Shown: positions 24,725 through 37,545 of the stretch, piece by piece
Position numbering within the stretch: the first letter of the stretch is position 1
Layout of the letters: each line of letters starts with the position of its first letter
Assembly: GCF_000485595.1 (NCBI RefSeq)
Contig: NW_014577067.1
Coordinates: forward strand, 1,080,840-1,144,839
Length of the DNA stretch: 64,000 bases
Source: Priapulus caudatus
Taxonomy: Eukaryota
Direction: 5' to 3'
Position numbers and translations under genes: made by a program
Notes under the pieces: model-generated
What the model saw: only the letters and a program-made list of their open reading frames with translations
Databases searched by the model: none
Told to the model about the DNA's origin: nothing

Positions 24725-27286
24725 GGAGAGAGAAAGGGAAGGAGCGAGAGAGACAAAACCCGCAGATTCTGCTTCAGGGGTATTTCATCGCGTCAACTCA
24801 TCTCCCGGTGAAGGTGAAACAGTCATTAGTCACGGTCGAAATAGCTGCTATTATAGCAGGCGTGCCCAGCAGTGCTGTCAAACACTGTCCCATCTGTCTG
24901 CTCGTCCATCCAAGCCCAGAAAATAGCCGACCCGTGCGGGGAGCAAAGCTACATATTATGTGACGGATTTTCGTAGACGACTCGATATAATTGATCGATA
25001 AAGAACCAGTTTTGTGAATGATGCATGTTTGAGCACGAAATTTAAACATTTTGAAATGAAAACCGTTAGTAGATTGTGTATACGTGAATAGCGGCGAGTC
25101 AAATACATTTGATCTCAAATCCATGTTACGTAACAACGTACGGAGGTAAACATTGGTGGGTCAGCAATGTTAACGAATGTGTATTACACACGCATACGCA
25201 TGCTCCTCATATGAGAACAATATATGAGATATACAGTAAGCCACGTACATCGAACACGGTTGCATTCTATACAAAATCACGAAATGTTTCCAATACGCTA
25301 TAGATATGATGCTAACAAAATAAAATAACAAAAAAAAACTTTCGCGATAAGGATTCACGTACCAAATAACCATACAAACTCTTACAATAAGCCTGCGCAC
25401 GTTATAGTGCGACCTATATCCGAGCAGAGAGACAACATTATACTAGTTACTTCCCCATTTCACGAACAACGCAGATAACATGTGATTTAGATACACCGTT
25501 GTAATAAAGAAACTAATAATCATAAATTACAGGTTTCTTTAATAGAAAAATAAGAACCTGTCACCGAGAAAAATACGATATATTTCTTCAACAGAGCAAA
25601 ACGCAGAGGTACAATACAACAGCGAGATATGTTTCCGCTCTAAAGACCACACGAACATGCATCCTTCACACCGAATACAATAAGCTCATCACATTCACAA
25701 CACGGGTAGCGAAGCTCACATTTCTGAAATGTGATTTATGATGAGGCGTGTTAATTTTACGCCTAAATCATGTCTGCTAAACAAATCATAATAATATATT
25801 ATACGCCACCTCAGATGAGTATATTAAGGAGAATGACCACCTCTTGTGAAATTTCGTGCGCAGAATAAAAAACAATAAGCATCCATGGTTTATAGCCCCA
25901 TATAGAATAATAAAATATTCCAATGCGCAGATAGAATACGTTGGTAGGTCGATCACGGACACATGCGCCAAGTCACGTATATATGCGCCTACGTGAGCTA
26001 TAACATCTTCTGTTGGGAAATGACACGCACACACGCACACACGCGCGAACACGTACGCACCCACACGCAACGCCGCATACCGGCTACGCGAGAGTCTACC
26101 CACATCACGAGATCTGATCAGATACCACGTTGTAAAGAATCGAGCAGCTTTTTCACTCACACAGTAATTATCTTACAAACGATTATGGGAACTAAATTAG
26201 CATGTAGCTCGGGCTTACACACTCGCTGCTACACGAAAGTAATAATATGCTCCTCAAGTGCACAAAACTGTTTGCATAAGTCATTAAGCAAACTGGCCCA
26301 CTTTTCATAGAAACAAAAAACTCTGGCTTAGCCGATAGCAGGCACCGCTGGCATTCAAGTACCGCATAACACAGCAGATTTATTTACAGGTAAATGGTAA
26401 AGCCGACAGGTATGTGATGGGGAGAGGTAATATCGTAGATTTAACAACCGTATTCCGGTTAATTCACGCTAATACTACTTATTCGGATATAGTAAAACAC
26501 GTTCAGCCGAAGAGTGAATGTCTTATTAAAATTCTACAAGCGACAATAACGGCAATATAACTCAATTGAATTCACATATTAAATTGTTTAAGTTTTTTTC
26601 ACTGTCCGTCAGGGCCTGATACGCATCGGGAGTGAACAAAAATAAAAATGGTAAATTGTGAATTACAATAAAAACAACTTGTTTGACAGAATAAGCTTGT
26701 AACAAAAGGAAAATTATTTAGACAAATAGGATTTGACAAATTATAACAAAAGAGAGATCACATTTCAAATCATAGTAAAGTTCATTACAAAAGATAATGC
26801 TCGAACTATTTCATCAGCAACAATAGCAGCAACCACCAGATTAAATAACAAAATCTTCACGCATTAATATATAATACAACACAGCAAATACAACCAAATC
26901 CAGATTTTCACAGCTTATTATATCAAGGCATCTAACCCTTACTAGCTAATGCCGTAAGTCGATTCCATGGACCCGTTTTTCACAGATAACATTTGTAACA
27001 TTTTTATTCCATTGTTAACATCAATCCAGCCATCAACATCATCATCGACATCACCATCACCATGGTAACCATCATCTAGATCGGACTAAAACACTCGACT
27101 ACGTCTGATGCGTATCTAGCTCATGCTACTCGCGCGGGCACTTCACATATATCTACCTGACGGAAATCATCTACCTAGCCTGCAATCAATGTCTGCTCAT
27201 CAACGCATGCGCATGGACAGGTCAAACCACTAGCTACAAGATGATCATATCCGCCTGCTGCCACTACTCGTATCTCTCTTTCTCTC

Positions 27287-27340
<54 letters not shown>

Positions 27341-27346
27341 TTTCTC

Positions 27347-27425
<79 letters not shown>

Positions 27426-27939
27426 TATAGATAAATAGTTCATATATAGACGTAGAGTGAGCGGGCGGGCACTACCCCGCAGCCGGTAGCTGAAACGCGC
27501 GTGTCTTATGTGCCACTGGTCAGCAGCATGTTACACCAAGCGTGGCTCGCATCACGCAACTCACTTCGCCCGCAGCGCAACGCACTCGCCTGCCAACGCG
27601 CCGCCGCCAAGCGTTTCCTCATTGTGTCAATGACGAAAAACATTTCTGGTGATCATGCCTAGGTTACTTCAACAGCACCTGGGTCGGTCTCTACAAAGAC
27701 GTTGCCACCGCCATGCGCGTTCTGGCATGTGGATGAGAATGCCGAGAGAGACCCGGTCGGCATTTTCAAACAGTAATAAATGCTCACCGGTGAAGCGAAG
27801 CTATTAGTTAATATAGTAAGTAATACTATAATAATAAAGTTCATATATAATAATAGTACGGCATTTTACGGACGCTGTTGTCATCCACGGAAGTAGATAA
27901 TAGCTATCGTAACAGCCTGTCGCAGTATGTCGTCGCTTC

Positions 27940-28315
27940 ACTGACGTGACAATAATGTGTCATCGCGACAGATAGCGTTCCGGAGTTGCGTAAACACGAT
28001 GCGACAACAATTATACGTCACCTTGACGGTCATTCGAATCTTGTGCGAATGATGTCACATTGATGTGGCGATAATCGGTCACCTTCGCAGACAGTCTTTT
28101 GAAACTTGTGAAAATGATGTCACACTGTCGTGAAAATAGTGTGTCATTACGATAGATGGTCTGACAGTCACCGGAATTTTGTGAACACGACGCGACAACA
28201 CTGTGCTACATTGACAGACGGTTACTTGAATCCAGCGAAAATGACGTGACATTGACAAAAATGCGTCACAGTGGCTTACAGTCTTAGAATTTTGTTAAAA
28301 TGATGTGAAAACTCT
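27940..28315. repeat. Old degenerate tandem array (about 55-70-bp period)
   Basis: Recurrent GAAT(C/T)TTGTG-AA-ATGA(T/C)GT(C/G)ACA(T/C)TG cores. Confidence 0.6.
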
Positions 28316-28791
28316 GAACTGCGTTCCATTAACCCCCCCCCCGCACCATTCAATTCAATGACGGCAAAAAATCAAAGCGAGAAATCAAAGTTAGAATCGT
28401 GCATGTTTTGGTGAATCTATGAACGTGAAAAAATGTGAATGAACGTGAATGTGAATGTGAACGTGATTGAACGTCTAAGACATTTTAGCGTGACTATAGA
28501 CAGTTTCTGTTACTCAAAGCAATAACGGCAAGTATCGGAATAGTCGGAAAAACACGAGAACGGTCGGGAAATTTGTTCGAAATAATTACTCTAAAACACA
28601 AACATTTATAAACAGATGACAGCTGCTGCACTCGAGAATTTTGTGGCGTATCGATCAGCTGGTGATGAGGTGAGAATGGTTGCCCGAGAAATTAATTGTT
28701 CTGCTTCGTTGAAATAGTTCACAGAGACACTGTAGGTAGGTAGACCTACTCGTGCACAATAGCCTTCTAATGAAGAATAACGACATATTAA

Positions 28792-28850
28792 CAAGAGCTA
28801 ATAATACCTATTAGGTATTAACCTATACCTATAGGTATTATTAGCTCTTG
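28792..28850. mobile_element. CAAGAG micro-palindrome (7-bp TSD family)
   Basis: CAAGAGCTAATAATACCTA...TAGGTATTATTAGCTCTTG with perfect ATATTAA duplication (28785-28791 / 28851-28857). Confidence 0.88.
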
Positions 28851-29883
28851 ATATTAACTGACTGTGGGATATAGCGTGATATGTAACCGATACAAAGTTC
28901 AACTTGGTTTTTCGACACGCACGCGCACGAGTCTATCGACAAGTGCCCTGCAACGATTTACAGCCGGGGAAAATTGGGAGTAGCCGGTTAGTTTCTCCAG
29001 ATCACCACCAGAGGGCACCACGTTACAGTGGCGGTCGAGCATGTAGGCGCAGATGCGTATTTTCAGGAATGAGCGAACATTTTTAGGGGCCTTTCAGCAC
29101 ACTGGCCCACTCTGTGCCACGGCACGGCACGCAGTTGTGCACAATATATTGCGATCAGTGGCCGTGACAAGGCCGTGCATTCACGCCCAGCATCCGTAGC
29201 TTAGAGTAAACACGCGAATTCTTCCTCAGCTCTCTCTCTCCCCATCAGCTGAAATGTTATGACATATCTGCACGCAGCACACACACACGACCCTAAAATA
29301 ACTAGCCCGTGTACCGGAGGAAGGTGCATTGCGCGCTCAACACATGGAGATGTATATGAATGCACAACGTCGCTGTTGCATCTTAACGACGACGTTTTTT
29401 AAATAAATAACGGTGATAAAAAACAAAACAAACGCCTCATAGTCTAGACTGATAGTACTACTTATGGAACAGCCCTCCCGCCTACACAGAAGCCAATAAA
29501 ATGCCAAGAAAAGGGAGACGGGTTGCATGCCAGGGCCGTAGCTTCCGGAGAAAGGGGGAAAAGGGGCAGTTTCCCAATTCCTCAAACGAATGTAGATACT
29601 ATGATACGGTCAACAGCCAATGTCGAAATGCCTACGGTCAACTGTTCAGAATACAAATCATGCCCCCCCCACCCCCGCACAGACAAAACTAGTTAGCCAC
29701 GACTCTGCCAATGCGCTCCACATAGCCCTGAGTTATGTTGCCTGTTATTTTCCAAATCACCATTACTTTTTGGTGCTGGGTTACAAAATTTAATCTGTGG
29801 CCTATTTTGATTTGAAATACACTTATTTACTCGTCACACGCGTGATACTCGAATACACCAGATCGATTGTAAAGACATCTTAT

Positions 29884-29904
29884 CAGGAGTCTATCAGACT
29901 CCTG
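29884..29904. mobile_element. 21-bp CAGGAG micro-palindrome (7-bp TSD family)
   Basis: CAGGAGTCTATCAGACTCCTG with perfect ATCTTAT duplication (29877-29883 / 29905-29911). Confidence 0.85.
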
Positions 29905-30315
29905 ATCTTATTCATTGGGGATAAGCACACACGTCGGTACTTGCGACGTCATGTCTGATGAAGAGAAAGCTCAGGGAGACGGGCAACAGGGAGATCCTGA
30001 GCAAAACATGTGACTAACTATGTCACAAAACCTCTCGAAACTGGTTCTTGTTACCGCTGAAGCAGACGAGTACTGACCACGCACTCCTTTATCTGAGGAA
30101 GAATTCGCAAGGCTACACTCCGTGCGGCGATGGGCTGGCTAGTCTTCTTCCGTGTTAAACAATAACTCACATATACGGGGGTTGTACGTTTGTGTAGTTT
30201 CAGGCACAACTACATGTATCGGGACTTGTGTCCAATGGATTGCAATCGCTTATACACTCCACGTAAAAAGTAGCACTACAAAGCTAAACAAAATCAGGCA
30301 AAAGACTCATAATAT

Positions 30316-30357
30316 TAGGAGTACATAATAAAGGGATCGCGCTATTATGTATTCATG
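30316..30357. mobile_element. Degenerate CAGGAG-type micro-palindrome
   Basis: TAGGAGTACATAATA...TATTATGTATTCATG, flanks ATAATAT/ATAATGC. Confidence 0.5.
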
Positions 30358-30985
30358 ATAATGCAAATTCATTATCATGTTATTAAAAAAATTGGATGCT
30401 TATTATGCAATCCGAATCTAATAATTGTTTTTTTAAATTGACCATGAATTTAAAGTCAAACACGCATTATCTAACCTTGAGCGTTTTGAGAAATCGATTT
30501 GACAAATGGACATATTATCAAGTGATTTTCTGGCAATTTTCTCTTCAATTTAAGTAGGCACTATTTTCTTTAACGATCACAGTCACAAAGTCACATAAAC
30601 CACGCTGTTTACCAGACCGCACAGCTGTATGGAAATCGCTTTAATATTGTTGACAGGCTTATTTATAGTAAAAAATAGGGAACGCGTCTGACAGATGGAG
30701 ATGCCTTGCACGCTAATATGGAAAGTTAAGTGCACACATTATGGCAAACCAATCAACATGGAGTGTGGATGCGGACCTAAACAAGATATGTATTACATAT
30801 GAACAGTATAGAAGCACACTCAACAGACTACTATTAAGGAATTTATTGTGTGTCATAACCGAACATGCATTTATTGATTTAATGTTTCAGGAAATAAAGT
30901 TGTTATGCTTAATAGTTGCTGAAATGCATACGATTAACTATTCAGTGTTTGCAGAAAATTTGCAGAAAATCATCCCAGCAACAAC

Positions 30986-31028
<43 letters not shown>

Positions 31029-31239
31029 ACAGCTACAGGCTACAGTCAACAGCAGCAACAGCAGCACCAGCACCAGCTATCTGAGCAAGTACGTACAAGC
31101 ATGCAAGCAGCGCACACGCTAGGTGGACGGGTGAAATCCTATATATAGCCGATAGCCGTGCATAACTCTGAGCCCCGTTCAACACGTCAGTGCAGCTGAA
31201 CCACCAGTCAAACACGCAGCAAATTCTAACTAAGGCCCC

Positions 31240-31655
31240 CACACGCACGCACGAACACACGAATGCACGAATGAACGCTTGCACGAACGCACAGACGAAC
31301 GCACACACGCACGAACGCACACACGCACGAACGCACACACGCACGAACGCGCGAACGAATGCACGCACGAACGCACGAACGCACGAACGAATAAACGCAC
31401 GCTGGAAAACACGAATGATCGCACGCACGAACGCCCGAACGAACGCACGAACGAACGAACGAATAAACGCACGCACGAACACACGAATGAACGCACGCAC
31501 GAACGCCCGAACGAACGCACGAACGCGCGAACGAATGCTCGCACGAACACGCGCGCGAACCCAAGAACGAACACGCGTGCGAACACAAGAATGAACGCAC
31601 GCACGAACGCACGCACGAATGCACGCACAAACGCACGCACGAACGCACGCGCGCA
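31240..31655. repeat. (GCAC/GAAC)n compound tetranucleotide repeat
   Basis: Direct reading. Confidence 0.9.
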
Positions 31656-32559
31656 CATACTGACCAAATGACCAATCGTGACCGAGTGTCGCTCTACGTG
31701 ACTTAGTGCTCGAGATTACAGAGATGCGCGCGGATTACATCCCAGCTAAGCGTCCGAACAAGATAAAAGAAGAAACAGACGAGAAAAAAACACGGCCCAC
31801 GATCCAGGAAGTGATGTTTTGTGCGCGTGCATAGAGAGAAAAGTGTTGTTGTTGTTACACACTGCCGTGTAAAAGGCACTTAGTGCGACATGCGCGGCCG
31901 GGATTTACCGTTTAAAGGTCAAGCCTAATCCGCAGTGCCGCCAACCAAACAAATTCCTATGAGGGGGGAGGGAGGCAAAATTCCATAAGTCAGCTGAGTA
32001 AGGACGATGGAGGGTCGCAGCTCTCAGACCACATGTGCATGGTGTGGCAGGGGTGGGCGCAGGTGAGATGAAGACTTTCACGGATAACTTACATTATGGT
32101 CAACACTTATTTTAAGGTTATTTACATTTATCGGACTTTTATTTGTATTTGAAATCCGCCACGATCTCCGAAGGAAAATGGCCTCTTTGCACGCGCACGC
32201 ACACGCACATGCACACGCACCCGCTGCCGTTCGTTTCTGGGCCACCCCATATATAGCCGCGAGAAGATAATCAAGCTATTGTGGACAAGGGTCACACGCG
32301 TGACACACGCTGTGTATTCGTGTCACCGGCGTGCGGTATGTATGCGTGTGGGGGGCAGCGAGGCGCGGCCGGCGAGCATTTGACGAAAACGGTTGTTTGT
32401 GCGCGCACGCTCGCTATATAAAGAAAAATTCAGGCCGCCGCCAATTTACGATCGTCGACGCATGGCGGCGCGACGATACATGTATCGCAGATTTAACAAG
32501 CCTTCGAGCAGAAGTCAACGTCACTCGGTCAGGTTAACAGGCCGGTGACATGTTAGTGT

Positions 32560-32828
32560 CTCCACTGCAGGGCAGTGTTTCCCCCTGCGGTGTTTCCCCT
32601 GTAGTGTTTCCCCCTGTAGTGTTTCCCCCTGTAGTATGATACTACAGGGTGAAACACTGTAGGGGGAGTTAGTATCTTCTTCTACAATGTTTGCCCTGCA
32701 GTGTCTCCCCCTGCAGTGTTTCCCCTTGTAGTATGTTCCCATACAGTGTTCCCCCTGTAGTATCTTCCCCTGCAGTGTCTTCCTCTACAGTGTTTCACCA
32801 GCAGTGTTTCCCCCTGCTGCTGTTTCCT
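32560..32828. repeat. 14-15-bp tandem repeat
   Basis: (C/T)AGTGTTTCCCCCTG units with one short inverted segment near 32640-32670. Confidence 0.85.
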
Positions 32829-35578
32829 ACTTACATATATAGTGGTCACAAAGGAGCTGCGTGAGCCGCGCTTCGTTGATTTTTCATGTAACGGTCTCGC
32901 GCAATTTCTGCAGAAAATTCCCGAAAGAAAAAGCCGAAGTAACGCGCATGCCCGTACAGTCACGCGAGACGCGGACGACTATTGCAGTGTGAGATGCATC
33001 GGGAGTGCACGTACTCGTCCGACAGGGGGTGGATCGATCGCAGCGCCATCGCTACACTATACAGTCGTTCCCGCTTCATAGGGACCCCGGATAAACGAAC
33101 GCATCGTTTTAATGATACATGTCTTTTGAAAACAATCCTTGCTTATAGAAGTCGCTATATGTATTCACCGCTTAATCGGGCCATTTACATGGCTCCCGAC
33201 CTGTCCCGATAGGGTGTCACTGAGTGGTTAATTGCGTCAGACAGCCGTGGCAACCTTACGATTGAATACGCTTAAATCAATCCACTGACAATCACGCATA
33301 TATTAGATTATGAATGCGGCATCCTAAATATCCTTCAGTTCCAAAATTTCAAACAATTTGTTCTTGAATACGTAACAAATTCTTATACAAAATATTCAAA
33401 AGGATATGTGAGTTTGCATCATGCAACAGAATTGTCTGCAATAATGTGTTAACGTTAATAAAATACGCAGTAAGCCATTTACTGGTCAAAACAACTCAGA
33501 CTGCACTAAAGTGCGCCATTTTTGCTTTTTTTTTGCAATTTGCACCGCACAGAATCAGATATGCGACTACGCCATTAGTTGAAATCGAATGGGGAATACT
33601 TCTATCGGAAGTAATTTTAATCTCTCGCTGTTCGTACGAATTTTCGCAACAGAATTTATCGATACAGCCTCTCCTACTACAAAGCCACACACGATTTGCT
33701 ATATATCGATGCTATATACACGATTACTAATATATCACGTAAAATAATTTCATTCCACTACCCTACCCTACTTTTAAACCATGGTCGCACCTCGGGAAGA
33801 GTGAATCTGTGCTCAAAACTACCCGATTTAACCACGAAACCTAGTTAGCTTCAACTCAGATGAACCTAAATATTTTTTTTTAAATCACCGTATAAACCGT
33901 TAAAATTGTTGACACATAGCATGTCGAGTTTTGAGCAGAGTCGATTTTAATACGTTAACAGGTAATTGTGATTTTTTTCACAAGTTGAAAATGAGTGTTC
34001 ATAAAACGTTGCCTTCAAACAGGCCCGAGTTGTCTATTATTTATTACCGCCGAGCAAACAACAGCCTGTACAACCGCGCTGAGCAAACCTGCGCACGCAC
34101 ACACGCACGCACGCACACACACACGTATACAGACAAAATCCGAAGTACGCACGCACGCACGCACGCAAGCACGTACAAAGACAAGCGCAGAAGTACGTAC
34201 GCGCGCATGCACAAACGCACACATGCACGCACGCACACACGTAAACAGACAAGCGCAGAAGTATACTACGCGCGCACGAACACACACATTCACGCACACA
34301 CGCACGCACGCACACACACACGTATACAGACAAAATCCGAAGTACGCACGCACGCACGCAAGCACGCACGAGCGCACGTAAACAGACACGCGCGCACGTA
34401 CGCACACATACACGCACGCACACACGTAAACAGACAAGCGCAGAAGTACGTACGCGCGCACGTACGCACACATACACGCACGCACACACGTAAACAGACA
34501 AGCGCAAAAGTACGTACGCGCGCACGAACGCACACATACACGCACGTACACACGTAAACGGACAAGCGCAGAAGTATACTACGCGCGCACGAACACACAC
34601 ACGCACGCAGTACAGTCTCACTCGGCGAACACCAACACGCAGACGCACCAGGGGGCGCAGCAGTAGACTCATGCGCTTCATTTCTCACGTCATTCTATCG
34701 TCTCTTTACAAGAGATCATCATCGCTCCCACGCTACATTAAACACATCGTTCTATAAGTGCCGACCATCAAACGCACGTGTCAATGTCGTGCCAATTTCC
34801 TTCCGCTCTCTCTCTCTCTCGGGTCAGCATTGTACCCGTCAACATACTATAGCTGCTCATGACTCACCGCGCGACCCCCGGCGCCTTTATACCGTCATTC
34901 TCTCCTATCTCGTCGTCAGCCTGGCGGCGGGGTGGCGCGGTGAGGGGGGTGGCGGCGGTGGGAGGGGGAGGGGGAGAGCGTAAGCCCGTGAGTTTAGCAC
35001 ACACGGCTGGCGAGTGCTTGCGCGCGTGCGGCTGCGGGTTCCGTCGCTGGCGAATTGGGCGACTGACGTGATCGGCGTGCGTGTGTGGTGTGTGTGTGTG
35101 TGTGTGTGTTGTGGTGTGTGTGTGGTGGTGTGTGTGTGTGTGTTTTGTGTGTGTGGTGTTTGTGTGTGTGTGTGTGTGTTGTGGTGTGTTGTTAGTGTGG
35201 TGTGTGTGTGTGTGTGCGTACGCGTGTGTGGTGTGTGTGTGTGTGTGTGTCCGTGTGTGTGCGTGTAGTGTGTGTGTGTGCGTGCGTGCGTGTCTAGTGT
35301 GTGTGAGAGTGTTGTTTGTGTGTGTGTTTTGTATGTGTGTGTGCGTGCGAGTTGTGTGTGCCGTGCGTGCGTGTTTGTGAAGTGTGTGCGTGTGCGTGTG
35401 GCGGCGTGGTGCGTGCCGTACGTGCGCGCGTGTGTGTGTGACAGAGAGAGAGGGGGCAGAGAGATAGACAGAGAAAGAGAGAGGAAGGACAAAGAGAGAG
35501 AGAGAGAGAGANNNNNNNNNNNNNNNNNNNNNNNNNTATATTATATATATATTATATATATATTATATATATATAGTA

Positions 35579-35753
35579 TACTTGGCTTTACTAATATATC
35601 CCGTTGTCTCGCAATGGTGGGTCCAAAGATGATAGAGAACAACGACGTTTTCGTGTGATAACTATGCACGACGGAATCGTCGTGTTCGTTCTATTATCTT
35701 TTAGACCAAGCCCATTCGCGACGACAAACCGGGATATATAGATAAGCCAAGTG
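35579..35753. mobile_element. Foldback/MITE-like palindrome
   Basis: ACTTGGCTT...TATATCCCG...AAAGATGATAGA...ACGAC mirrored by GTCGT...CTATTATCTTT...CGGGATATATA...AAGCCAAGT. Confidence 0.7.
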
Positions 35754-35919
35754 TCATTTCCGCCAATGGATAAGATTTTTAACCTTATATATAATTATAC
35801 TATAATATATATCAGGAGTGAATAATAGATATTAGTATATGATTCATTCCTTGTATATATGATATATAATATACTATGATATATATATATAGTTATAAAA
35901 TATGTATATGATATATATA

Positions 35920-37545
35920 TCAGGACGTTATGAGACAAGCTATAGAAGATATAGCAGCTATGATCAGCCCTATAGAGTTTATATCGCTATAAGACGTTAT
36001 ACTCAGCTATATCAGCTATATCAGTTATAGCAGCTATATCATGCTATAGAAGTATATCGCTAATTCAGCTTTAGGACGTTATATCAGACTATATCAGCTA
36101 TAGACGTTCTCTATATCAAGCTATATCAGCTTGATCAGTATAATAGCAGCTATGATAGCTATAGAAAGTTATATCAGCTATATCAGCTATGAGGACGTCA
36201 TATTATCAGCATATATCAAAGCTATATCCGTTATAGCCTAATATCAGCTATTAGAAGTTATATCAGCTATAATCAGCTAATAAGACGTTATATCAGCTAT
36301 ATCACGATATCAGTTATAGCAGGTATATCAGCATAGAAGTTATATCAGCTATGATCAGCTAGAGCGTTACTTATCAGCTATATCAGCCGATAGGAATTAT
36401 ATCAGCTATATCAGCTATAGAGTATATATCAGCTATGAGACGTAGTATAATCAGCTATAATACAGCTATAGAGGTTATATCACGCTAATTAGACAGTTAT
36501 ATCCAGCTATATTCAGCTATGATCAGTATATAAGCTAAGCTTGATATCTAGCATATAGAAGTTATATCAGCTATATCAGCTTAGACGTTATATCGCTATA
36601 TGCAGCTGATAGACGTTATATCAGCTATATCAGCCTATATCAGTTATAGCGAGCTAATATCAGCCTAGAGAAGTGTATAATCAGCTATACAGCTAGAGAC
36701 AGTTAGATCAGCGATATACTCAGCATATATCAGTCTATAGCAGCTATATCAGCTATAGAAGTTATATCAGCATATCAGTCATAGGACGTCTATATCAAGC
36801 TATATCAGCGATAGTCAGTGTATAAGCAAGCTATATCAGCTATAGAAGTATATCAGCTATATCAGCATATTAGACGTTATATCAGCTAGTATCAAGCTAT
36901 AGAAGTATATATAGCGATATCAGTAATAGAAGTTATATCACGCTTATAGACAGTTATGATCAGGCTTATCAGCCATATAGAAGTTATATTCAAGCTATAG
37001 ACCGTATATATCAGTATATCAGTATAGAAGTTATATCAGCCATATAAGCTATAGACGTTATATATCAGCTATAATCAGCTATAGAAGTTATATCAGCTAT
37101 AGACGTTATATCCAGCTCATTCAGCTATAGAAGTTATAATCAGCTATAGACGTTATATTCGAGATATCAGCTATTAGAAGTTAATTCAGCTATATCAGCT
37201 ATATAAGTCTTATACCAGCTATTACCAGCTATATTCAAGCTATACGAGCTATAGTAGTATACCAGCGTATATCCGCCTAGATCAGCTATAGCAGCGTATA
37301 GCAGGAGGCTACAGCTATAAGGAGCTATATAAGCTGGTTGTTATATCGGCTACATCAGCTGAATAGGCTCAAGCAGCTAATAGCGGCTGCGGCAAGCTAG
37401 AATAGCGAAGCAGCTATAGCGGGCTGCGGCGCTAGAATAGCTATGCTATCAAGACTAATAAATTACGTAATATAATAAGAATTAGGCGTTTATTTAGCTC
37501 GTTTGATAGGGCTATAAAGAGCGGCTGCAGGCACTATAGCTATAG
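35920..37545. repeat. AGCT-rich satellite built from 9-bp monomers
   Basis: Monomers TATCAGCTA, TAGAAGTTA, TAGACGTTA, TATCAGTTA and TAGCAGCTA in a higher-order pattern; indel-noisy. Confidence 0.92.

Noticed and set aside
27940..28315. Semi-regular repeats with variable intervals resembling a repeat-spacer array
   Set aside because: The intervals are themselves diverged copies of each other, consistent with an old tandem repeat.
31033..35658. RA/CV/HT-rich ORFs
   Set aside because: Products of (GCAC)n and (GT)n repeats.
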